DNA of 64,000 nucleotides from Macrostomum lignano. Taxonomy: Eukaryota. The DNA is taken from NCBI GenBank assembly GCA_002269645.1, contig NIVC01000274.1, positions 1 to 64,000 of the forward strand, read 5' to 3'. The notes under the pieces are model-generated. The model made no database searches and was not told where the DNA came from. It saw only the letters and a list, made by a program, of their open reading frames with translations. The translations under genes were made by a program, and so were the position numbers. How positions within the stretch are numbered: position 1 is the stretch's first letter; the number at the start of each line of letters is the position of its first letter. This document shows, piece after piece, positions 20,630-33,200 of this stretch.

Positions 20630-21620
20630 AGTTGGATATTGCTGGCAGATCAGGAATCTGTATACATATGTATTCCAATGGGTATTGCTGAAGATCAGGA
20701 ATCTATATATACATATGTATTCAAATGGGTATTGCTGACAGATCAGGAATCTGTATACATATGTATTCAAATGGGTATTGCTGGCAGATCAGGAATCTAT
20801 ATATACATATGTATTCCAATGGGTATTGCTGGCAGATCAGGAATCTATATATACATATGTATTCAAATGGGTATTGCTGGCAGATCAGGAATCTATATAT
20901 ACATATGTATTCCAATGGGTATTGCTGGCAGATCAGGAATCTATATATACATATGTATTCCAATGGGTATTGCTGACAGATCAGGAATCTATATATACAT
21001 ATGTATTCCAATGGGTATTGCTGGCAGATCAGGAATCTATATATACATATGTATTCCAATGGGTATTGCTGAAGATCAGGAATCTATATATACATATGTA
21101 TTCAAATGGGTATTGCTGACAGATCAGGAATCTGTATACATATGTATTCAAATGGGTATTGCTGACAGATCAGGAATCTATATATACATATGTATTCAAA
21201 TGGGTATTGCTGGCAGATCAGGAATCTATATATACATATGTATTCCAATGGGTATTGCTGGCAGATCAGGAATCTATATATACATATGTATTCAAATGGG
21301 TATTGCTGGCAGATCAGGAATCTATATATACATATGTATTCCAATGGGTATTGCTGGCAGATCAGGAATCTATATATACATATGTATTCAAATGGGTATT
21401 GCTGGCAGATCAGGAATCTATATATACATATGTATTCAAATGGGTATTGCTGGCAGATCAGGAATCTATATATACATATGTATTCAAATGGGTATTTCTG
21501 ACAGATCAGGAATCTATATATACATATGTATTCAAATGGGTATTGCTGGCAGATCAGGAATCTATATATACATATGTATTCAAATGGGTATTGCTGGCAG
21601 ATCAGGAATCTATATACATT
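20630..21620. repeat. 48-bp minisatellite (about 20 copies) directly after the ELOVL stop
   Basis: Unit GGGTATTGCTGGCAGATCAGGAATCTATATATACATATGTATTCAAAT; 16-aa periodicity in the ORF track. Confidence 0.97.
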
Positions 21621-22661
21621 TATCTCATACGTATTTTATGAAGAAGGTTCGTGACGGTCATTGTGGAGAAGTTTTCATTGTTTAATGATTACAAATCTTT
21701 CTGCGACTGCTAACTTTGAAGGCTTTTTCACTTTTTATTATTTTTTCTATGAATGCATGTAAGAGCTAATAACGGTGTTCCATTTTGTTAATCTAGTAGG
21801 CCGTCTACTTATCATTTATTCAAAGTTCTAATGTACTTTTCAGAGTTTTTCCCAAACACTTTAAGCACATTTTATCGGCGCTTGCGCCTCTCAGTGCTTT
21901 TTTTAATCGCTTTTCTGCGCTATTTTTATTAATTAATCAATTTTAACTGTGTTAAGTCTGACTTCGCGCACTCTACTACTAGTAGCAAATAGGTATACCA
22001 TATATCTTTTCTACTATTTGGTCGGAAAGCTCCTAATTTTTCTATATAATCAATTATCTGGAATAGCTTTTTATGCTAGTATAAATGGACAATATTTATT
22101 GCTTAGAAAAATATTTGATATTTAACATAGCCGTGCAATCTGTCGTTAAACCTTTTATTTAGTCCTAAATATTAACATTTTTATTAGCTCTGGCAGCAGA
22201 GCCTATACTGATTGCTAATTAAAAAATTAGAAACTTTATTAACTGCTAATAATTAGTGTTCTATTTTTTATATTAGAGACTCTGTGTGCACATCTTCTTA
22301 TAATTCATTTTATTGCTTAAATTATTAGTCTATATATAGTTTACTTTATCTAATTGTTAGTTGATGTAACTCCTGCTTTTTGACTTGTTTTTTTTTAAGT
22401 ACACACCGTCTTTGTCCGTTTGTTTATTAATTGTTACTGGCTGCTTCAGCTTGCTTTTGTGGGCGCTGACTGGCGCTTGCTAAAACTATTTTAACCATTG
22501 CTAGAATACTTTCTGTTTGAGATTCATTTCAATTCGGAAAATTATAAAGCGTATTGACATTAATCGCAATAACTAGCAATCTAGTGCCCCCCTTCGGGGC
22601 ACCCAATAAGCAAGCGACGAAAATTTTTTGTGAATACTATTTGCCTTGACACCGAAAGCGA

Positions 22662-23207
22662 TTCCCCCAGTAAGCCTTGACATCTCAGCAATTCCCCTGT
22701 AAGCCTCGACATCTCAGCAATTCCCCTGTAAGCCTCGACTTCTCAGCAATTCCCCCTGTAAGCCTCGACATCTCAGCAATTCCCCTGTAAGCCTCGACAT
22801 CTCAGCAATTCCCCCTGTAAGCCTCGACATCTCAGCAATTCCCCTGTAAGCCTCGACATCTCAGCAATTCCCCCTGTGTGCCTCGACATCTCAGCAATTC
22901 CCCCAGTAAGCCTCGACTTCTCAGCAATTCCCCCAGTAAGCCTTGAAATCTCAGCAATTCCCCTGTAAGCCTCGACATCCCAGCAATTCCCCTGTAAGCC
23001 TCGACATCTCAGCAATTCCCCTGTAAGCCTCGACTTCTCAGCAATTCCCCTGTAAGCCTCGACTTCTCAGCAATTCCCCTGTAAGCCTCGACATCTCAGC
23101 AATTCCCCTGTAAGCCTCGACATCTCAGCAATTCCCCCATGTAAGCCTCGGCATCTCAGCAATTCCACCTGTAAGCCTCGGCATCTCAGCAATTCCACCT
23201 GTAAGCC
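22662..23207. repeat. 27-28-bp minisatellite (CTCAGCAATTCCCCTGTAAGCCTCGACAT)
   Basis: Visible tandem array. Confidence 0.95.
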
Positions 23208-24273
23208 ATACAGTCGGACGCGTTTACCGCTGAGAAACTGCTGTAAATTTTAAGAAAAATCACAAATCCTCAGTCTTAAATAAGCTTTATCCTGTAGATT
23301 GATTCAAAAGTCAATTTTCCCCTCGTAATCATAATCCGATGACTGATTATAAGAAGCGGCTCACTGATTTATGAGCGCCGTTTTAAAGTATGAAACTTTA
23401 TTGAGTCGGAAATCTTCCCCGAGAATGTTTCTGGAGAGTGTATCCGCGGGCAGCGGTTTTGTGGTAAAAATGTAGTTTATTACTTTGTTGCTGGGAATTG
23501 GATCAAAGCGCAGCTATGCGTTTGGCCCATAACTTAATTATTGGACACTAAATTTGAGTTTCTCAATTGCGAATGTGGCTATACATGTGTAATATTGCCT
23601 ATCAAACTTCATTTGATCTCCAGTGCGTTTAGTGTACTTTGTCTATGGCAAAACCCCGTTAAGTGCTAGTAGGCGTTCTCAAGATCATGCTAAATGCACT
23701 ATAGGGCGATCCGACAAATGTACGTTCCTTACCAAAATCGAAAATCGTTTCTAAGAAAATATTAAGTTTGAATTGGTGACCTCCATCACCTCTTCTAATT
23801 TGCGCTGCATATCTGAACTCTCTTTAAATATTTATTACCGCCTCAAAGCAGAATTAGCGGCATAGAAACAGGCAATGCTGCATATAATACATGAATATGC
23901 TCGGCTTGTTTAGCCCATGTCCAATGTAAATTTAGCCAGCGCAAACAGCGCTTTATTATAGCAGAAGGTTCTTTGGAAAGTGAATTTATTGGGGAGAGAG
24001 AGAGAGAGAGTTAAAAGAAGAAAACTGCTGCGGAGTTTGTGAAAAAAGCGAGCAAGATCAATTAGGAGGAAGAGGGATAGAGAGATTTTTGCTCGCATGC
24101 TCAAGCCTGAGACGCCGGCACAGCTATATATTGGCCAGGGTCATATACATGTATTGGTTGGAAGTCACTCCAGCGGTGTGCTTTTTCGGCTCTTATCTAT
24201 ATGTAAGACTTGGCGTTGGCAACACTATTTAACTGCAGAGGGTGAGACACGTGTACATGTGAGCGAATTAAGA

Positions 24274-27200
24274 ATGTACGGTCAGCCCAGGCAGCAGCTG
24301 GCCTCTCTAAATCAAAGACGGTCAGGCCGGTATCAATACAGAAACTCACTGATCCCGGCTGGGGCTGCGACCGCTGCGTCGGCCGAAGATGAGACGCCAG
24401 CGCCGAACCTGTCGGAGCTGCTCAGACGACGGCGCCAGTCGAGCGTGCAGTCGAGGCGTCTGTTGTTGGCGCGTAGGCGCGATAGCGCCGCACCAGCCGG
24501 CTTTGGGCCGATTGAGGAGAGCCAACTGTCCGAGGAGGAGCTGGAGAGGCGGCAGCGGAGGATTGTGAGGGCAGCGGGTCGGGGGGAATCCGGGAAAGGA
24601 ATAATAGAGAATCGGGAAGGGGAACTGTAGGGAATCTGGAAGGGGAATTGTAGAGAATCGGGGAGGGGAATTGTAGAGAATCGGGGAGGGGAATTGTAGA
24701 GAATCGGGGAGGGGAATTGTAGAGAATCGGGGAGGGGAATTGTAGAGAATCGGGGAGGGGAATTGTAGAGAATCGGGGAGGGGAATTGTAGAGAATCGGG
24801 GAGGGGAATTGTAGAGAATCTGGAAGGGGAATTGTAGGGAATCTGGAAGGGGATTTGTAGACAATCGGGGAGGAGAATTGTAGGGAATCGGGGAGGGGAG
24901 TTGTAGACAATCGGGGAGGAGAATTGTAGGGAATCGGGGAGGGGAGTTGTAGAGAATCGGGGAGGGGAATTGTAGAGAATCGGGGAGGGGAATTGTAGAG
25001 AATCGGGGAGGGGAATTGTAGAGAATCGGGGAGGGGAATTGTAGAGAATCGGGGAGGGGAATTGTAGAGAATCGGGGAGGAGAATTGTAGAGAATCGGGG
25101 AGGGGAATTGAAGGGAATCTGGAAGGGGATTTGTAGACAATCGGGGAGGAGAATTGTACAGGGAATCAGGGAGGGGAATTGTAGGGAATCTGGAAGGGGA
25201 ATTGTAGAGAATCTGGAAGGGGAATTGTAGAGAATCTGGAAGGGGAATTGTAGGGAATCTGGAAGGGGATTTGTAGACAATCGGGGAGGAGAATTGTAGG
25301 GAATCGGGGAGGGGAGTTGTAGACAATCGGGGAGGAGAATTGTAGGGAATCGGGGAGGGGAGTTGTAGAGAATCGGGGAGGGGAATTGTAGAGAATCGGG
25401 GAGGGGAATTGTAGAGAATCGGGGAGGGGAATTGTAGAGAATCGGGGAGGGGAATTGTAGAGAATCGGGGAGGAGAATTGTAGAGAATCGGGGAGGGGAA
25501 TTGAAGGGAATCTGGAAGGGGAATTGTAGGGAATCGGGGAAGGGATTTGTAGAGAATCGGGGAGGGGAATTGTGAGAATCGAGGAGGAGTATTTTAGAAA
25601 ATCGGGGAGGGGAATTGTAGGTAATTTGGGAGAAAATTGCAGGAAATCGGCAAAATTTTTAACATTTTTAAGCATGGGAATTGTTTTTTTTCGAACGGTT
25701 CAAAAAGTTTTTTATCTAAAGTCCCTGTCTGACTTCTACATTAATTACTCTCTAAGTCTGTCGGACAGGCTAAACTAATTACAGCCAAGCAACCGCGTTA
25801 CAAAAGCAAACCCCTTTTTGCAAAAAACTTGATGAAGGCTCACCTGAGATTCCGACTGCGCTTCTTTCTCAAGCTAGTTGTGACAGCCTATAAGCTGTGC
25901 GATAAGCACTATCTCACCTGGTGAGTTGAGCTGGCAGCTGAGCTAAGGTTAATTAATTCTAAAGCGTAGTTAAGATTGCCAGTCATTTAGGTAGCTTCTA
26001 CGCATATATGAAGGCCCGTCCGTTAATTGACTGATTTTTCACTGGCTTAATTGCTTGTAAGGTATAGTTAACATTCTTGCCGTCGACTTTCAGTGTACAA
26101 TTAGGATCCAATCCTGTACAATTAGGCCCCAATCTGTTGTAACGTTCGAGCTTAATGTGGTACCAAGTCCAGTCTTTTGACCCACAGATATTATTACTTG
26201 TAATAATAATCAATCAGGCAAAGATTCGGTCATTATGAGCGGTTAGAAATAAAAAATCACTTTCCAATTCTCTTATTTTTATCATAACTCTCAATAATTA
26301 TTTAATCGTTTTAAATTGATATCGACTGCTAAATCAGTAATTATCGATGGATATCAATCGTTATTTTATTTTAATTAGTTAATGGCAAGCCTTATTTTTA
26401 GACTAACCAATTGGAATTATTCGTTCAATCCTTTTCAATCCTTGTTCAATCCTTGTCAATCTTTGTTCAATCCTTATCAATCCTTGTTCAATCCTTATCA
26501 ATCTTTGTTAAATCCTTATCTATCTTTGTTCAATCCTTATCAATTTTTGTTCAATCCTTATCAATTCTTGTTCAATCCTTATCAATCTTTGTTCAATCCT
26601 TATCTATCCTTGTTCAATCCTTATCAATCTTTGTTCAATCCTTATCAATCCTTGTTCAATCCTTATCAATCTTTGTTAAATCCTTATCTATCTTTGTTCA
26701 ATCCTTATCAATCTTTGTTCAATTCTTATCAATTTTTGTTCAATCCTTATCAATTCTTGTTCAATCCTTATCAATCTTTGTTCAATCCTTATCTATCCTT
26801 GTTCAGTCCTTATCAATCTTTGTTCAATCCTTATCAATCTTTGTTCAATCCTTATCAATCTTTGTTCAATCCTTATCAATCTGTCTTAGAAAAAAGTTTG
26901 AGCTGTTAAAGCATTGGAGTGAATTTTCCCCACACTTTGTTTAACTGTCGTTACTGCATACGTTAACAAATAAAATTACTAGCAGCTCAATTTCAAATGC
27001 ATCCAGCCAGAGGCTGGGCTCCGCCTTCAACTCGCAGCAGGAGTCAATCGCTCGAACTGACGGCGCCAACGTCAGCGAGTCCGGCGCTGGCGGCGGCGGC
27101 CTGGCGGGGGTGTACTTCGACCGCAGCGAGTTCCGGGCCAACAGGCAGATGCGGCTGCCGGCCGAGGCCAGGCGAATCCTGCGCAAGAGATGGGATGACC

Positions 27201-30200
27201 GGAGCGAGGCGGAGGTCAACTATGTGAGTCTGGCCGCTTCCATCGGCTCATTTACATCATTCACAATGATCAACCTACCAGGTCATTTAGAAGAATGAAG
27301 ATTCCATCAGGTCATAGAGATGTGGCTTCAATCAGGTCATAGAGATGTGGCTTCAATCAGGTCATAGAGATGTGGCTTCAATTAGGTCATAGAGATGTGG
27401 CTCCGATCAGGTCATAGAGATGTGGCTTCAATCAGGTCATAGAGATGTGGCTTCAATCAGGTCATAGAGATGTGGCTCCGATCAGGTCATCGAGATGTGG
27501 CTCCGATCAGGTCATAGAGATGTGGCTTCAATCAGGTCATAGAGATGTGGCTTCAATCAGGTCATAGAGATGTGGCTTCAATTAGGTCATAGAGATGTGG
27601 CTCCGATCAGGTCATAGAGATGTGGCTTCAATCAGGTCATAGAGATGTGGCTTCAATCAGGTCATAGAGATGTGGCTTCAATCAGGTCATAGAGATGTGG
27701 CTTCAATCAGGTCATAGAGATGTGGCTTCAATCAGGTCATAGAGATGTGGCTTCAATCAGGTCATAGAGATGTGGCTCCGATCAGGTCATCGAGATGTGG
27801 CTCCGATCAGGTCATAGAGATGTGGCTTCAATCAGGTCATAGAGATGTGGCTTCAATCAGGTCATAGAGATGTGGCTTCAATCAGGTCATAGAGATGTGG
27901 CTTCAATCAGGTCATAGAGATGTGGCTCCGATCAGGTCATAGAGATGTGGCTTCAATCAGGTCATAGAGATGTGGCTTCAATCAGGTCATAGAGAGGTCA
28001 TTATATTGTACATGGGTGGCTTCCATCAGGCGGCTGAAGTCATTGAGGGCCCTCTTGTTATTGTAGGCTACACTGTACTACTGTCAGATGGTCACTAAGA
28101 TAATATCGACTCCTTGTCACTGATTTTTAGCGAATAATATTGTTTTACGAGCTAAACTACGAACTAGGTTAAACTCCACCTATACCATGCACATGAATAT
28201 AGACTGTCATAGCCCTGCGCAGCGTGCAGCAAATTGCCGACTATCCCGTCAGAATGCAAAGGAATTTGGCTCGCCACGGCATGCTGGAAAGGTGCAGCAA
28301 AATATTTTTGGTGGCTATTTACTTTACTTCCCTTTAAAGTAGTGTAGTTTGAACATAAATTCTAAACTTTTGCAGCTTCAATCCGGGCCGAATTATTGTG
28401 CGCCAGTCGGACCCGGCGCAGGCTTTTTATTTTATTCTGTTCGGAACTGGTGAGCCCAACTTTTATGCCGCTAATAGGAGCTTCCGTCTGGTCATTGAGT
28501 TGCTTCCATCTGGTCATTGAGGGTTGCTTCGATCTGGTCATCGAGGGTTGCTTCCGTCTGGTCATTGAGGGTTGCTTCCGTCTTGTCATTGAGGGTTGCT
28601 TCGATCTGGTCATTGAGGGTTGCTTCCGTCTGGTCATTGAGGGTTGCTTCCGTCTTGTCATTGAGGGTTGCTTCGATCTGGTCATTGAGGGTTGCTTTCA
28701 TCTGGTCATTGAGGGTTGCTTCGATCTGGTCATTGAGGGTTGCTTCCATCTGGTCATTGAGGGTTGCTTCGATCTGGTCATTGAGGGTTGCTTCCATCTG
28801 GTCATTGAGGGTTGCTTCGATCTGGTCATTGAAGATTTCTTTGATCTGGTCATTGAGGATTGCTTCGATCTGGTCATTGAGGGTTGCTTCGATCTGGTCA
28901 TTGAGCGTTGCTTCCGTCTGGTCATTGAGGGTTGCTTCCGTCTGGTCATTGAGGGTTGCTTCGATCTGGTCATTGAGGGTTGCTTCCATCTCGTCATTGA
29001 GGGTTGCTTCCGTATGGTCATCGAGGGTTGCTTCTGTCTGGTCATTGAAGGTTGTTTCCATCTGGTCATTGAGGATTGCTTTCGTCTGGTCATTGAGTTG
29101 AGAGTTGCTTCCGTTTGGTCATTGAGAGTTGCTTTGATCTGGTCATTGAAGGTTGCTTCCGTTTGGTCATTCAAGGTTGCTTCCATCTGGACATTGAGGG
29201 TTACTTCCGTCTTGTCATTCAGGGTTGCTTCCGTCTGGTCATTGAGGGTTGCTTCCGTCTTGTCAATGAGGGTTGTTTCCATCTGGTCATTTAGGGTTGC
29301 TTCCGTTTGGTCATTCAGGGTTGCTTCCATCTGGACATTGAGGGTTACTTCCGTCTTGTCATTCAGGGTTGCTTCCGTCTGGTCATTGAGGGTTGCTTCC
29401 GTCTTGTCAATGAGGGTTGCTTCCATCTGGTCATTGAAGGTTGCTTCCGTCTGGTCATTGATTCCACTTATTCATTAGAACGGGTTGGTGCTCTGAAATT
29501 TAGCATTTCGTCAAGGTCATTGTGGTCGCTGTCAAGAGCTACTCACAAAGTGAGTACTATCCGGTACCTGACCCCCTTCTTGTCATTGTTGCTAAAGAAA
29601 CGTGATTGGGAAGAGCAGTCGGTAACGCCACTGAACCAGTGTCGGCGCATCTATTCATCCGCTCTAGCAGCGTATAGCCTGCACTTCCTGGAATTGGAGT
29701 TTGATAAAGAATACCTCTGCAGCTCTATTTTACCTACAATTCTTCTCCGAACCCCCCGACCCCAAGTGATGGTGGCGGTCCTGGATGCCGCAGCCGAGGC
29801 CGCTCAGACAGTTGTAGAGCTGCAGCGTGGCGACAGCTTTGGCGAGCTGGCCATCATGAATCGGAGCCGCCGGCAGAGCACAGTGATCAGCAGGACTGAC
29901 TGCGACCTGTTGTCCATCGGAGTCGACGTGAGTAGCTAGTTGCCATGGTTACGGCTGGGTAACTAGGGTTCGAATTTGGTACCAACGAAAATGACATCTA
30001 CATGTACTAAGATACCCATGAAGCCATCTACTAAGATACCCATGAAGCCATCTACTAAGAGACCCATAAAAGCTACCTGCTTACTACTATATTATATTAT
30101 TTTTGTTGATTCCAGGCGTACGAAGCGACTTTTATGCAGGGCGGTCAGAAGACCTTAACAGACCCCGATCATAACCAGTTCATCGAGTGAGTCACTACTA

Positions 30201-33200
30201 CTGTAACTACGGCTTCAAAATTATTTTTTTGCTAAATAATAGTACAATAATTGTATATCAAAAGTACTCTTTGTACTTTAAAATAATATTTCAGAAGCCT
30301 TGATTTCCTTCGCGGTTGGCCGAAGGAGTACCTCCAACTTCAGCATGATAAATTCCTGTTTTGCTACTTTAAGTAGGATTAGTCAATATGATCTTGTTTA
30401 TTTTAATACAAACTGTTGTACAATGCAGCCTGATATTGCATTTAAATATTTTTTCAGACGCTCATCAGTTATGATTAAAAACAGCAGCAAATCCAAATGG
30501 ATTTATATATTAAAATCTGTGAGTGTACTACTGTCGCGAAATAGATATACTCGCCAAAGTAGAGGGATCGGGGTGGTGGAGAGCCATGGTAGAGACAGAC
30601 CATAGTGAAGAGAGGGATCAGGGAGGGTAGCAAAGGAATCAGGGAGGGTAGCGAGGGATCAGGGAATGTAGAGAGGGATCAGGGAGGGTAGCAAAGGAAT
30701 CAGGGAGGGTAGCGAGGGATCAGGGAGTGTAGAGAGGGATCAGGGAGTGTAGAGAGGGATCAGGGAGGTAGAGAGGGATCAGGGAGGTAGATAGGGATCA
30801 GGGAGGGTAGAGAGGTATCAGGGAGGGTTGAGGGGGATGGGATCAGGGGGTAGAGAGGGATCAGGGAGTGTAGAGAGATCAGGGAGGGTTGAGGGGGATC
30901 TGGGGTGGAGAGGGATCAGGGAGTGTAGAGAGATCAGGGAGGGTTGAGGGGGATGGGATCAGGGGGTAGAGAGGGATCAAGGAGTGTAGAGAGATCAGGG
31001 AGGGTTGAGGGGGATCAGGGGATAGAGAGGGATCAGGGAGTGTAGAGAGATCAGGGACGTAGAAGAGAGATCAGGGAGGGCAGGTGGGCGCATGCACAGC
31101 ATAATATATCACGTCCTCCAAGCAAGCGCAAAGCTGTAATTGCCTCCGCTGCATTCCCACAGGGCAGCGCACGGGTGCTGCTGGTCCTGAACCGGGTGAC
31201 ATCGCAGGTAACGGGCCAGTCGGGCGCCCTGCAGTCGTCAGCGACGGCATCATCGCTGCAGCGGCATCGTCTGCTTGCGGCCGGGGACCAAGAGGATGCA
31301 GATAGCGACGTGACTTCGTCTGTCTGGCTGGACGCTTTCTACGACAGCTCGGGCGTCTACTCGCCAGCTGGCATCGGCGCCAATTCAGCGCCCTATCCTC
31401 GGCGCCGACTATCGACTAGCGGAACTTCCAGCGCGGCGGAAGATTCGGAGCCGGCGACTATGATGTCGATGTCGACGCCGCCAGAGGCGCCCACTGTCCT
31501 GTTGCCTCAGCGGCCGCTGACGTCACTACCGACAGACCGACTGAGTCGAAATCGGCAGACTCTGCCGGCTTATCGGCAAGCCACGGTGAGCGTTTAGAGA
31601 ACTTTTCTCCCTGTGTTTTTGGCTGTCTTCTGTGCCTCTGTCTTCTTCAAGCGCCCCTGTCTTCTTCAAGCGCCCCTGTCTTCTTTAAGCGCCCCTGTCT
31701 TCTTTAAGCGCCCCCCTGTCTTCTTTAAGCGCCCCTGTCTTCTTTAAGCGCCCCCTGTCTTCTTTAAGCGCCCCTGTCTTCTTTAAGCGCCCCCCTGTCT
31801 TCTTTAAGCGCCCCTGTCTTCTTTAAGCGCCCCTGTCTTCTTCAAGCGCCCCTGTCTTCTTTAAGCGCCCCTGTCTTCTTTAAGCGCCCCCCTGTCTTCT
31901 TTAAGCGCCCCTGTCTTCTTTAAGCGCCCCCTGTCTTCTTTAAGCGCCCCCTGTCTTCTTTAAGCGCCCCCTGTCCTTTAAGCGCCCCCTGTCTTCTTTA
32001 AGCGCCCCTGTCTTCTTTAAGCGCCCCTGTCCTTTAAGCGATCCCTGTCTTCTTTAAGCGCCCCTGTCCTTTAAGCGCCCCCTGTCCTTTAAGCGATCCC
32101 TGTCTTCTTTAAGCGCCCCTGTCTTTTTTAAGCGCCCCTGTCCTTTAAGCACCCCCTGTCTTCTTTAAGCGCCCCTGTCCTTTAAGCACCCCCTGTCTTC
32201 TTTAAGCGCCCCTGTCCTTTAAGCACCCCCTGTCCTTTAAGCGCCCCTGTCCTTTAAGCACCCCCTGTCTTCTTTAAGCGCCCCCTGTCTTCTTCAAGCG
32301 CCCCTGTCCTTTAAGCGATCCCTGTCTTCTTTAAGCGCCCCTGTCCTTTAAGCGCCCCCTGTCTTCTTTAAGCGCCCCTGTCCTTTAAGCACCCCCTGTC
32401 TTCTTTAAGCGCCCCTGTCCTTTAAGCGCCCCCTGTCTTCTTTAAGCGCCCCTGTCCTTTAAGCACCCCCTGTCTTCTTTAAGCGCCCCTGTCCTTTAAG
32501 CGATCCCTGTCTTCTTTAAGCGCCCCTGTCTTCTTTAAGCGCCCCTGTCCTTTAAGCGATCCCTGTATTCTTCAAGCGACTCAGCTGTTTTCTTTAAGCA
32601 ACCCCTGTCTTCTTTACAGTAGAAAGACCACGCTATTTTTCCCCATGGGGAAAGACCATGGGGGTGTATTACAAATACACACAACCAATTTCACCATAGC
32701 TCGCAAACCGAATTACCGATTTTCGTAAAAGTCCACCATTTGGATCAAAATTTCCCCCCTCTTTCCAACGAATTAACTTTCAAAGTCATCCGACGTCAGC
32801 ATCGTCGAGATATTCAACGATTCTTGTCGAAGACACTGGTGGCAAGGACAACCAACACTACACTGTATAAACCTTTATGGTGAATCCATATTGGCTCAAT
32901 AATCTGGGTCCATCTGTCGGAGAGGCCTTTCTTCTCAGCATCCCAGGAACTAGGGTCCCCTTCATCACCGTCTGGAGCATCGGCAGCGACCGTCAGGACC
33001 TTCAACAAAAGCACCCGATCGGCATCGCAGAGACGGCTGCGTTCCCAAAACTGAAATGGAAGAATCCTCTTCTGCATGCAGCATTCAGTCAGTAGACATA
33101 ATCGTCGAATGAAATGGACGACGGCGACCCTCTAGGTTGACCTGTAGACATACAAGCGACCTTCGGGACCTTCAACGGAGTGCCACCACGCGGCCCCGAC

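Noticed and set aside
20528-21685. 385-aa ORF and overlapping ORFs with 16-aa repeats
   Set aside because: Translation artefacts of the 48-bp minisatellite.
25828-25860. TGATGAAGGCTCACCTGAG as a hammerhead-like motif
   Set aside because: Lacks the GAAA box and lies within a CNBD2 coding exon.
24333-29478. Long repetitive ORFs (PDSLQF, FNPYQSL, EGCFRLVI, EATLNDQ)
   Set aside because: Stop-free frames of intronic minisatellites in the CNBD2-like gene.
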